A stretch of DNA of 64,000 nt from the human T2T-CHM13v2.0 reference genome, Homo sapiens, in contig CP086569.2 in the NCBI GenBank assembly GCA_009914755.4, positions 23,744,001 through 23,808,000 of the forward strand. The letters are read 5' to 3'. Shown one piece after another: positions 1-13,589 of the stretch. Under the pieces are notes generated by a model. That model had not been told where the DNA came from. It saw only the letters and a program-made list of their open reading frames with translations, and did not search any database. Both the position numbers and the translations under genes were made by a program. Position 1 is the stretch's first letter. Each line of letters begins with the position of its first letter.

Positions 1-3000
1 AATCACTGTGACATATCACTGTGTCAACAACTTAGGTCACATAAATCTCCTCATTAGAATGGTCCCTGTGCACTGTCAGGGGCAGTAACATACAGTTGGG
101 CCAGGCACAAAGCTGATGATACTCTTTTGCTAGGGCCATGTCCTAAAAAGGGCATTATGACAAATTTCTGGGTCTTCACATAGGGGATTTTGCTCTACCG
201 CTTGGGTCATGCTTACCTGTATAGTGACATGTTGCTAGGCTAGGCACAAATGTATTGTTATTCTTTCACCAGGGCCAAGTCTCAGGGGGATATTGTGAAA
301 TATCTCTGGCCCTATCACTTAGGTGATGTGACTCCCTGCCTGGGTCCTGCCAACATAGAGCATTGAAACATAGGGGCAAAAACTGCACCTATTTGCTCTA
401 ACTCTCTTGCCTGGGTCCTGTCCTAAGGGGACCTTGTGAGATAGCTCAGAATCCAGCATCAACGTGATGTAGCTCTTTTGCCTGCTTTCACCCCACATGT
501 AAGACTGTGTCATATACCTAGGGAAGCACCTATATGATATGTGTTATGACTCTTCTCTTCTGCTTGAGCCCTGCCTACTTGGAATATTTGGCCATATATC
601 TGAGCTCCTGTCCTAGGTGATGTGACCCTGCTTTTCTGCCAGAGACTTTACGATGAGGTAATGTGAAATATTGCTAAGCTTGATACTTAGGAGATATGAC
701 TCTTCCTTTTTTCCCAAACTGTGCCCGTGAAAAGGAATTCTGACATATTGCTGGGCCCAGCACCCAGATGATGTTCCTCTGCTGCCTTGGTCCTTCACAG
801 AGAATTATGGCATACAGTTGGGCCCCCAACCCCGATGATGTAAGTTCCTGCCTGTGCCACAGCAACAGAAAGTATTTTAGCATATCTTGGTCCCATGTTG
901 TAGGTGTGTTTGCTCTCATGATTTATCTGTTTTTCTTCCATATTCGGGATTGTGTTATATTGCTGGGTCTAGCACCCAGTTAATGTAACCCCCATTTCTA
1001 CACCCTGCCTAGAGAGGGCATTGTGACACATTGCTTGGCACAATACCTAAATTGTGCTACCTTCTTGTCAAGTTTTTTCCTACAAATTGGATTATTAAAT
1101 TTACATTCCTTCTATTCAGAGGGATGATGGTCAAATTTTAATTGGGATTACACCAATAATAGATATGTTGCCTCTCATCACTATGCTTATGGCAATAGGT
1201 AAGGTTATGAGTTGCATATTTGTACAAAACTCACAGAATGTTACAACACTAACTCATATTCTATAAACTTATTAGGACAGGGCCCAGCAAAAGGTTAAGA
1301 TCATGATTCTTGGTTTCACATGCAGGTGAGAGCAAAAGTTATCACCATCCCACATTTACAGAGGCCACTGTCAAAGTACTGAGTATAACAAGTAAATAAA
1401 GAACAAAGATGGAATTTTGACTTTCATATATGGATCTTGCTACAGATGAGATGGTGGCTCATTTCTGGACCCAGATCACAGGCATAATAATCAGTCTCCC
1501 ATCTGAACCCAGTCTATAAGAGAGATGCTGACTATCATAACTGGGTTTAAAGCAGTATATAAGATTATGAGTCAATACGAGCATGTATGCCTTAGAGTAG
1601 GTTGCTACTCTTATGCATGTTGCATAAAGCCTTCGGATGCTGCAGAATGTGTCATACGATGATCTAGAAAACACATGAGATTGTGACTCTCACATACACA
1701 CCAAGCTAGCCCTTAAAGGTGTCACCCTAAAAGATGAAGAGATTGTGTCATATCTCTAGGCCCAGTACTCCTAGGTGTTGAGAATTTTCGGCTTAAATTC
1801 TTTACCATGGGTGCATTGTGACACATCACTGGGTTAAAATGATGAAAAGGTGACTCTTCCGCTTGGACCCTGGCACCAGGGGATATTATCACATATCTCT
1901 GGGTCTATCAGGTAGGTGATGTGTCTCTCCTCCCAGTGCCCTGCCCACAGGGGACACTGTGACATATTGCTAGATACAACATCTAGATAAAGCGAATCTC
2001 CTCTGCTGCCTGGATCCTGCCCACTGAAGAAATTGTGACATACCACTGAGTATAAAACCTAGATGATGTGACAGTACCCTTTGTTATGTACTCTGTCAAG
2101 AGAGGGAATTTTAATATGTTGTTGAACATGGCACCTGGAGGTGTGACTATCCACTATTTTTTCAACCATGTATACAGTGGGCATGATGACATATTATTTG
2201 AGATTGTACCCAAGTGATATAAGCCTCCGGTCTGGGTTGTGCCTACAGAGGAGATTATAAGGTATGCCTGGCTAAGGACCCAGATGATGTGATTCTACTG
2301 TCTTGTCTCTGCCCAAACATAAAATTGGGACTTACTCATGAAATCAGTTCATATGTGTAACAAAAACTTTCAAACGTTGACGCAGCCAAGGGAGATATTT
2401 TGGTTCTCGTTGCCAGTCTTATGGCCATGGATAAATTCTGAGACCTCCCACCTGTAACAATTCACAGAAAACTGTGCTACTCAGGTATATCACATAAATC
2501 ATGAGTGGTACAAAGAGTTTCATAACAGGCACCAACAACCAGGTGCTATTTTGAGTCTTGGATGCACACCCAGCTGACACGATTTTCATTCTCATACATA
2601 AACAGAGCCTACAAATGAGGTACTAAATTTCACACACATAAGCAGTTGAAATCTTAAAATTGTAACTCTCATACATGAATCTGATCCGCAGTTGGTTTGG
2701 TGGCATTTGAACGATGATTCAGCAAGCCTGTGGTGCTTTGAATCTACTAGTGGAGCACAATCTTCAAGTGGGATTGGGGCTCTTATACATGCATCTTGCC
2801 CATTGTTGAGACTCTGATGTCTGTACTTCGACCCAACTCACAGGAGATGTTGACTCTTACACCCGAAGGCAGGACTTGTGTGGGACTATGAAATGTATTT
2901 CTGAACATTTTCGAGTGTGTGCTTTAGAAGTATGACTTTGCCCAGTATCTGACTGTTTTGAATCTCCTTTCTAGGCCCACAGCACAGTTCGGATTGTGAC

Positions 3001-4799
3001 ATATGTGTGCTAAGCACCTAAGCAATATATGATATCTTCTTTGGCAGAGGGACCAAGGACATCTTTACATATCCCTGAAAGAAGCACCCAGCTGATGCAA
3101 AACCTTGGCCGGAAGCTTGCCTACAAAGAGCACTGTGGCTTTCATCAAGGTCCATCATATAAGTGATGTGACTTCCTTCTACTGCCTTGGCCTTGCACTT
3201 CTAGTGCATTGTTACACATAACTGGGTACTGCACCCATGTGATGGGACCCTTTGTTTGGAGGGGGTAGATTCTACCAATATAAAAACTGTATAATATATC
3301 ACTTGGCTCAGCACCTAGGTGATGTTTCTTCTCTCTTGACTGAGCCCTGACCACCAGAGAGATGGTGACATATAGGTGAAACCAGCACAAGGTGAGTTCA
3401 CTCTCCTGCCTTGGTCATAAACATAGGGGCCATTGTGACATATACCCAAGCCAATTGCCTAGGTGAGGTTTGTGTCCTCTCCTGCCTAAGCCCTGCCCAC
3501 AGGGGGTTTTAGATATATCACTGAAACCAACATCCGGGTTAAGTGACTCTTCTTCTAGAGGCCTGTACACAGCAAGGATTGTGACATTCAACTAGACAAG
3601 CATCCACTCAGGTGATGAGAATTTCCTTTTTTCTCCATGTTCACAGGTTATATTGTGTCATATATGTGAGAGCAGATCAAAGGCCTAATAACGACCATTG
3701 CACCTGGAGCCTGAAACTTTTTATAGGTGTTATTGTGACACTTTCCTTTGCCAATCTCCTGAGTGATTTAATAATCCTACTCAGTTATAGCTAACAGATG
3801 ACATTTTGACATATACCTGGACAAAAGCGTGATGATTTGACTCTCATGTTTTAACAGTGTCCTCAGAAGGGATCATAACATATTGCTGGATTCATCCTCT
3901 AGGTTGTGTGTCTCTCCTCTCCTGCCTGAATCCTGATTCTAGTGAAGATTTTAGCATTTCTATGCACTGGATCCAAATGACACAATTCTATTGCATGGGC
4001 CCTTTTCAACAGGAGGCATTGTGACATATCTCTGGGGCCATGATTTAGGTGACATGACTCTACTCTCCTTCCTGGGCATTCTCCACAGGGGTATTATGCC
4101 ATAGGGCTTTGCTTAAAACCCAAGTTTTGTGAATTTTCTGTTAGTGTCTTGCCTTCAAAGAGAATATTGGAATAATTCTGACTTAAAATTTAGGTGATGT
4201 GACTGTCCTGTCTGTTTAATAACCACAGAGGTAATGATGACATTTACCTAGGTACAGCTAACAGGCATGATAATGACTCTAATATGGGAACCCAGGCAAT
4301 AAGGTAAATTTTGACTTTTGTCACAAGATTTTGAGACATGAGTGATGTTAAGGACCTTCATCTGGTAAAAAGCTCACAGAAAATCATAACAAACACACAT
4401 AATTTATAACAACCTTGGGTTATATAGAGTGTCATAATAATGCCTAGCAGACAGAGAAAACTATGAGTCTCATATGCACACCCAAATAACAGTAAGGGCT
4501 TTCAACATCAAAGATGAATGAAAGCAACTATCCTACATAAAAAGAGGACATGTGTGGCATTGTAAATCTAATTCCTAGAATTTAATTCCATTGTGAATGT
4601 GATATAAATCTTTCCCAAGCACCTGTGTAATTTCACTCTTCAGATTGGGTCCAGCCTATATATGGAATTTTGATATCTACCTGGGCCAATTTTCAAGTGA
4701 TGTGACACTTCCGCCTGGGCTGTGCTCTCAATAAGAATTGTGACATCACTGGATCCAGCACCCAGGTGATGTTACATTCTTGCTGCACTATGCCCACCC
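1..4799. repeat. Beta satellite (BSR, Sau3A 68-bp family) tandem array, reverse-complement orientation relative to the conventional consensus
   Basis: Tandem ~68-73 bp units carrying the motifs attgtgacatatc and ccaggtgatgtgactctcctgcc...ctgcccacagg, which match the reverse complement of the beta-satellite monomer. Divergent-monomer blocks at about 1080-1830, 2290-3000 and 4240-4700. Confidence 0.85.
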
Positions 4800-5770
4800 C
4801 CGATAATTCAATGTTATTTCACGTAGGTTCTTTTCTATTTCCCTAAGTGTTGGCTGGTCTGAGAAATAAAGGGAAAGAGTACAAAAGAGACAAATTTTAA
4901 AGCTGGGTATCCGGGGGAGACATCAGACGTCGGCAGGTTCCCTGATGCCCCCTGAGCCATAAAACCAGCAAGGTTTTATTAGCAATTTTCAAAGGGGAGG
5001 GAGTGTATGAATAGGGTGTGGGTCACAGAGATCACATGCTTCAAGGTCAACAAAAGATCACAAGGCAGAAGGTCGGGGTGAGATCATGAGATCAGGGCAA
5101 GATTAGAATCACTAATGAACGTCCATGTCCAGCTGTGCACGCATTGTCATCTTAACAGGGTTCAAGGGCAGAGAACCGGTCTGACTAGATTTTGCCAGGC
5201 TGGCATGTCCTAATCCTAGCACGCCTGGGGATGCTGCTGGAGACTAGGGTGTATTTCATCCCTATCTATATCTGCATAAGGCAGACACTCCTAGGGTGTC
5301 CATTTTAGATGTTCCCCCCTGGGAATGCATTCTTTTCCCAGGGCTGTTAATTATTAATATTCCTTACTGGGGAAAGAATTCAGCGGTATTTATCTTACCC
5401 GTTTTCAGTAATAAGAGAAATATGGCTCTGTCCTGCCCAGCCCACAGGCCGCCAGACTTTAATGTTATCTCCCTTGTTCCCTGAAAATCGCTGTTACCCT
5501 GTTCTTAAGGTGCCCAGATTTCATATTGTTCAAACACACCTGCCCTACAAACATTTTGTGCAGGTAATGCAATCATCACAGGGTCCTAAGGTGACATACA
5601 TCCTCAGCTTATGAAGATGATGGGATTAAGAGATTAAAGTAAAGGCAGGCATAGGAAATTGTAAAAGTATTGATTGGGGAAGTAATAAATGTCCATGAAA
5701 TCTTCACAATTTATGTTCTTCTGCCATGGCTTCAGCCAGTCCCTCTGTTCGGGGTCCCTGATTTCCCTCA
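4800..5770 (-). mobile_element. Solo LTR inserted into the satellite; MER11-like (HERV-K HML-8 family) by motif recognition; ~970 bp
   Basis: The minus-strand reading begins TGTTGAGGGAAATCAGGGACCCCGAACAGAGGGACTGGCTGAAGCCATGGCAGAAGAAC and contains AATAAAACCTTGCTGG (polyA signal). The whole segment is absent from the paralogous satellite position (~49880), which delimits it as an insertion. Confidence 0.45.
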
Positions 5771-8700
5771 ACATCATTGTGACATTTCACTGTGTCCATC
5801 ACTTAGAAGAGGATGCCAGGGTCATGTAACAAGAGGGCATTTTGACATATCATAGGCCTATCATGTAGGTGATATGGCTCTTCTGCTTGGGACCTGCCCA
5901 CTTGAATAGTGACACATTGCCAGGCCAGGCACAAAAGTGATTGTACTCTTTTGCCAGGGCCATGCTTTAAAGAAGGCTTTATGACATATCTCTGAGCCTA
6001 TCACCTAGATTATATGACTTCTTGCTTTGCCTTGTCCACATGGATCTTTGTGATATAAGGGTGGAATCTGCACCTAGGTGATATAACTCTCTTGTCTGGG
6101 TCCTGTTCTAAGGGGGACTTATGAACATGTCAGGGCCCAGGACCAGATGATGTGGCTCTTTAGCCTGGTTTCTGCCCACATATTAATTTGTGATATATGC
6201 AAAAAGAAGCACCTATGTAATATGACTCTCTCTTTCTGCCTGAGCCTTGGCTACTTGTGACATTGGGCCATATCTGAGCCCATCATGGAAGTGATGTGAA
6301 TCCCTTCTGCTGCCTGGGTCCTTCATTTACAGTGCACTGTGACACAGAAGTGGGTACTGCACACAGGTGATGTGATTCTCCTTTTTGGGTTCTGCCAACA
6401 GGAAGTGATGTAACACATCACTTGGCTCAGCATGTAGGTGATGTTTCTTCACTTTTGCTTAGGCCCTGACCACACGGAGATTGTGGCCTGTTGCTGGACC
6501 CAGAAACAATGTGAAGGCACTCTCTAACATTGGTACTGCACATCAAAGACATTGTGAGACATATCTAGATAAATTCCTTAGGTCAAATGAGTGTCCTCTC
6601 TTGCTACAGTCCTGCCCACAGACGGGATTTGGATATGTCACTGCAGTCAGCATAAAGGTGATGTGGCTTTTCTGCCAGGGTCCTGCCCAGAAGGTGGATT
6701 GTGACATCTCACTGGTGCCACCTCCACATAGGTGACGTGACTTTCTTGCCTTCTCTATGGCCACAGTTGATATTATGCAATATACCAGAGAAAATTACAA
6801 AAGTCTAATAACAACTCATATGCCTGGTAATTGTGACAAGTACTTTTGCCCAGCTGCTGACTGACTTAGTATTTCTGCCTCTGTATAGCCCATAAATGAG
6901 ATTTTGACAAATAACTGTGCCGCACATATTAATGATTGCTTGTGTTATCTTAACAGTGTCCGCAGGGGGGAATTGTTAACATATTTCTGGACACATATTA
7001 TAGCTTACATGCCTCTCCTTTCCTGCCTGGACCCTGCTTCCTTTGGTAATTGTAGCTTTTCTAAACACTGTATCCAAATGATATGAATTTCTTGCTTGGG
7101 CCCTGCCAAAATGAGGCACTGTGACATATATTTGGGCCCACGATTTAGGTCATATAACTCTCCCCTCCTGCCTCGATACTGCTACAAATGACATTGTACC
7201 ACATAGCTGAACCTAGAACACAAGTTATGTAAAATTTCTGACAGTACCCTGCCTATTAAGAGAATATTGAAATATTTCTAGCCCAGTATTTAGGTGATGT
7301 GGCTGTTCTGCCTGCTTCATAACCACAGAGGGAATTGTAGCATATACTAGGCATGGCTCACAGGAATTATGACTCTCATATGTGGGCTCAGCCAATAGAA
7401 AATATTTTGACTCATAACTAACTTTAGGGACATGCGTGATGTCTTGGATCTCCTTTTTCTGCAAAGATCACAAGAGATTACAACACTCCACATATTTTAC
7501 AAGGTCTTTAGTTTATACAGACAGCATCAAAGCAGGGCTTGGCACACAGGTGAAATTGTGAGTCCTGTATACACACCGAGCCGTGTGTAAGGACTGTCAT
7601 TATTTCACAAGGATTAAGCCAGTTGTCACACATAAAAGCAAGATGTGTGGTATTGTAAATCTCACCTTTGGAATTTTCTGAAAATGTGATTTTGATATAA
7701 ATTTTTGCCAAGCTCCTGTGTAATTTGAGTCTCCAGGGTGGTCCTAGTCCATATATGGGATTCTGATATCTACTTAGGCCAAACTCTAAGTTATATGACT
7801 CTCCTTCATAGGCCCCTCTCTCAGTAAGGATTGTGATATATCACTGGATCTAGCACCCAAGTAATGTTACATTCTTGCCTGTGCCATGCCCACCCAAATT
7901 ATAGTGACATATTTCTGTGTCCACCTCATAGGTGATGTAACTCCTTTCTCTGGAATGGGCCGTGCACAAAGGAAGGATAGTGACATATTGCAAGGCCAGG
8001 CCCACAGGCAAGGATACTCTTTTGGCAGAGCCTTGCCCAAAGGAGGGCATTTTGACATAACTCTGGACCTATCACCTAGGAGATGTGGCTCTCCTGCTTG
8101 GGACCTGCCAACCTCGAGGTGAAATATTTCTTGGCCATGCACATAAGTAGTAGTACTCTTTTGCCAGGGCTATGCTTCATAGAGGACATTGTGATATATC
8201 TCTGGACCTATCTCCTAGGTGAAGTGACTCCTTTTTTGGGCCCTACCCACATGGAACATTGTGGCATAAGCAGAGAAACTGCACCTAGGTGATGTAGCTC
8301 TCTCTGCTGGGGGCTGTTTTAAGAGAGCCTTGTGCTATATCTCAGGACCCAGCACCCAAGTGATGTGGCTATTCTGCCTGCTTTCTGACCACATATTACC
8401 TGTGACATATTCCATGGAAAGAACATAAGTGATACGGCTCTTGTCATCTGCCTGAGTCCTGCATCCTGGGGACATTGTGACATATCTCTGAGCCCATGAC
8501 CTAAGTGATGTGACTCTTTTTCTGCCTGGGCATTCACAGTAGGAGGATTTGGGCACATTACTAAGCCCAGCACTCACAATATGTGACTCTCCCTTTTTTC
8601 CTGAATTATGCCACAATAAATGAAATTTTGACCTATTCCAGGGTCCATAGCCCAGATGATGTCACTCTACAACCTTGGTTCTGCATAGAGAGAAAATTAT

Positions 8701-9423
8701 GACATATGGCATATTGCTGGGCCAAGCACCCTTATGATGTGACTCTCCTGCCCGTTCTTGAGCCAATGAAGGTATTTTGACATATCTTAAGTCCATTATC
8801 TAGGTGTTTTGGCTCTCATAACTTGACTGGGTTTTTTCTGCATGTGGGATGGTGTCATAATGATGGGTCCAGCACCCAGTTAATTTGACCCAATTTCTTA
8901 TACCAGACATGGAAAAAGCATTGTTACATATTGCCTGGCAAAGCGTCTAAGTGATGTTACCCTTCTGCCTAGTTTTTTGCTCATATATGGGATTATGACA
9001 TATGCCTTTCTTCAGTTCACAGGCATAATGATTAAACTTATATTTGGATTCAGCCAATTAAAAAATCTTTTGCCTCTCAGTGTTAGGCTTAGGGCAATAA
9101 GTAAGGTCCTGGGTTGCATATTTTTCCAAGCTCACAGAAGTCTACAACACTAACTTATATTGTATAAACTCTGCTGGTAGAGAGCTTTATAACAGGGCCT
9201 GGCAAAAAGTTCAGAATGGGACTCTCATTTACACACCCAGATGAAATTAAAAGTTGTCACCATCCCACATTTATAATGCCCACTGTAGAAGTTCTGAGTC
9301 TAATGAGGGAATACATCACAAATTTGAAATTGGACCTTTTTTTTTTTTATTTGGATCTGGACACAGATGGGATGGTGACTTATTTCTGAACCGAGCCCAC
9401 AGGCATAATAATAGGTGTTCCTG
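5771..9423. repeat. Beta satellite array (continuation)
   Basis: Same 68-bp monomer family and orientation. Paralogous to 49900 onward in the right-hand array. Confidence 0.85.
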
Positions 9424-10330
<907 letters not shown>

Positions 10331-10693
10331 CTCCTCTCTATGCAAGAGTATATGTTTGTGCTGCATTCTATTTCATTACTTCGTATTCTACCTTTATTCT
10401 ACCAGTGCCAAAGTGCTTTGATTACTCTAGATTTTTGTATGTGTGTGTTTGGAAATTATTATGTGTAATGCTTCTAATATTTTTCTTCTTTTTAAAGTTT
10501 GTCAGGCTTTCCGTGGTCCCTTAAGATCTTACATAATTTTGTGAATTTTTTTCTATTTTTGGAAAACTCAAATTTAAAACTGAAAAGGGTCATGTTTTAT
10601 ATGTGGGTTACATTAAGCCACGAAGAAGCATGGACACATCACAATATTATGTCTTCCAACTCTTAAGAAGAGCATGCTCAAAATGTGTTGTTG

Positions 10694-11012
10694 GCCAGGT
10701 GTGGTGACTCATGCCTGTACTCTCAGCACTTTGGGATGCTGAGGAGGGTGTATGGAGACTTCAGGATATTGAGACCATCCTGGACAACATGGTGAAACCC
10801 TGTCTCTACTAAACTATAAAAAATATTTGTACTTTATGGTTGTGTGACTGTATTCTCAGCTACTCAGGAAACACGGTGGTTTGCATGCCTTTAATCCCAG
10901 CTACTCAAAAGGGTGAGGCTGGGGAACTGACTGAACCCGGGAGTTAGAGGTTGCAGTTAGCTGAGATTGTGTCAATGCCCTCCAGCCTAGGGACAGAGTG
11001 ATACTCCATCTC
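10694..11012 (+). mobile_element. Alu, diverged
   Basis: ggccaggtgtggtgactcatgcctgtactctcagcactttgggatgctgagg ... ctccagcctagggacagagtgatactccatctcaaaaacaaac. Confidence 0.8.
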
Positions 11013-11017
11013 AAAAA

Positions 11018-11020
<3 letters not shown>

Positions 11021-11064
<44 letters not shown>
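11021..11064. repeat. (AC)n dinucleotide microsatellite, ~22 units, abutting the Alu tail
   Basis: A pure acacac... run is visible directly in the sequence. Confidence 0.95.
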
Positions 11065-11069
<5 letters not shown>

Positions 11070-12532
11070 TTTCTCTGTTACGAATTTCTAGTTTTATTGC
11101 ATTTGCACTATAAATACTTGTAAAATTTTAATTTAAAAAATTATGAAGTCTTTTGTGGTGTCACACGTGGTCCACCTCACAAAATGATTTGTTAGCTATT
11201 GAAAAGAATGTGTGTTCAGTTTTCTATATATATTTGTTAGGTGTAATTATTGCATAGTGCATTCAACTTGTTCCTTCCCTTATTGATATTCTGTCTTGTT
11301 TTATTTATTCCTAAAAGCGGGATATTGATGTACCCTTCCATTATTATATTGCTGTCAATTTTGGCTTCAATTTTGTCAATGTTTACTTAATGTGTTTGAG
11401 AAAACTTTCATATATTTATAGATTCTCAGTGAATGATCTCTCTTACTAGAATTGAATGTCCTACTTGGTCTCTTGTAAATTGTCTTAAAGAAAATTTGGG
11501 GCGGTTCCAAGTGGCCGAATAGGAACAGCTCCAGTCTACAGCTCTCACATGAGTGATGACAAAGATGGCTGATTTCTGCATTTCCAACTGAGGTACCAGG
11601 TTCATCTCACTGGGGCTTGTCAGACAGTGGGTGCAGGACAGTGGGCACAGGTCACTGAGCATGAGCCAAAGCAGGGCGAGGCATTACCTCACCCAGGAAG
11701 TGCAAGGGATCAGGGAATTCCCTTTCCTAGCCAAGGGAAGCTATGACAGACATCACCTGGAAAATCGGGTCACTCCCAGCCTAATACTGCACTTTTCCAA
11801 TGGTCTTAGCAAATGGCACACCAGGAGATTATATCCCACGCATGGCTTGGAGGGTTCCACACCCATGAAGCCTCACTCGTTGCTAGCACAGCAGTCTAAG
11901 ATCAAACTGCAAGGTGGCAGCAAGGCTGGGGGAGGGGGATCCGCCATTGCTGAGGCTTGAGTAGGTAAACAAAGTGGCACAGAAGGTTGAACTGGGTGAA
12001 GCCCACCACAGCTCAAGGAGGCCTGCCTGCCTGTGTAGACTCCACCTCTGGGTGCAGGGCATAGCTGAACAACAGGCAGCAGAAACCTCTGCAGACTTAA
12101 AAGTTCCCATCTGACAGCTTTGAAGAGAGTAGTGGCTCTCCCAACAAAGAGTTTGAGATCTGAGAAAGGACAGACTGCCTCCTCAAGTGAGGCCCTGACC
12201 CCCAACTAGCCCAACAGGGAGGTACCCCCCAGCAGGGACAGACTGCAGCAGGGACAGACTGACACCTCACATGGCCGGGTATCCCTTTGAAATGAAGCTT
12301 CCAGAGGAACGATCAGGCAACAATATTTGCTGTTCAGCAATATTTGCTGTTCTGTCACCTCCACTGCTGATACCCAGGAAAACACGGTCTGGAATGGACC
12401 TCCAGCAAATACCAACAGACTTGAGGATCCTGACTGTTAGAAGGAAAACTAACAAACAGAAAGAACATCCACACAAAAACCCCATCTGTACGTCACCATG
12501 ATCAAAGACCAAAGGTAGATAAAACCACAAAG

Positions 12533-13284
12533 ATGGGGAAAAAACAGAGCAGAAAAGCTGAAAATTCTAAAAATCAGAGCACCTCTCCCCCTACAAAGGA
12601 ATGCAGCTCCTCACCAGCAATGGAACAAAGCTGGATGGAGAATGACTTTGGTGAGTTGAGAGAAGAAGGCTTCAGACTTCTCCAAGCTAAAGGAGGATGT
12701 TTGAACCCTCCACAAAGAAACTAAAAAACCTTGAAAAAAGATAAGACAAATGGCTAACTAGAATAACCAGTGTAGAGAAGTCCTCAAATGACCTGATGGA
12801 GCTGAAAACCATAGCACAAGAACTACACAATGAATGCAGAAGCTTCAGTAACTGGTTCAATCAACTGGAAGACAGGGTATCAGTGATTGAAGATCAGATG
12901 AATGAAATGAAGTGCAAAGAAAAGTTTAGAGAAAAAAGAGTAAGAAGAAATGAACAAAGCCTCCAAGAAGGATGGGACTATGTGAAAAGACCAAATCTAC
13001 GTCTGATTGGGGAGAAGGGAACCAAGTTGGAAAACACTCTGCAGGATATTATCCAGGAGAACTTCCCCAACCTAGCAAGGCAGGCCAACATTCAAATTCA
13101 GGAAATACAGAGAACGCCACAAAGATACACCTTGAGAAGACCAACTCCAAGACACATAATTGTCAGATTCGCCAAAGTTGAAATGAAGGAAAAAATATTA
13201 AGGGCAGCCAGAGACAAATGTCGGGTTACCCACAAAGGGAAGCCCATCAAGCTAACAGCTGATCTCTCAGCAGAAACTCTATAA
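12533..13284 (+). pseudogene. L1 ORF1p remnant (frameshifted)
   Basis: ORFs 12533..12724 (MGKKQSRKAENSKNQSTSPP...SWMENDFGELREEGF) and 12796..13284 (...RPNLRLIGEKGTKLENTLQDIIQENFPNLARQANIQIQEIQRTPQRY...IKLTADLSAETL) match the L1 ORF1p N- and C-terminal parts. They sit in different frames. Confidence 0.85.
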
Positions 13285-13589
13285 GCCAGAAGACAGTGGG
13301 AGCCAATATTCAACATTCTTAAAGAAAAGAATTTTCAACCCAGAATTTCATATCCAGTCAAATTAAGCTTCATAAGTGAAAGAGAAATAAAATCCTTTAG
13401 AGACAAGCAAATGCTGAGAGATTTTGTCACCACCAGGCCTGCCTTACAAGAGCTCTTGAAGGAAGCACTAAACATGGAAAGGAACAACTGGTACCAGCCA
13501 CTGCAAAAACATGCCAAATTTTAAAGACCTTCGATGATAGGAAGAAACTGCATCAACTAATGAGCAAAATAACCAGCTAACATCATAAT

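Noticed and set aside
7850-8616. Multiple 60-120 aa ORFs inside the satellite (e.g. 7867..8142, 8335..8616, 49872..50234, 55850..56197) with recurring peptide motifs such as GPEICHN / HITYV
   Set aside because: They occur on both strands and in all frames, and they repeat because the underlying DNA is a 68-bp tandem repeat. They have no start-codon context and no exon structure. They are chance open frames in repetitive DNA.
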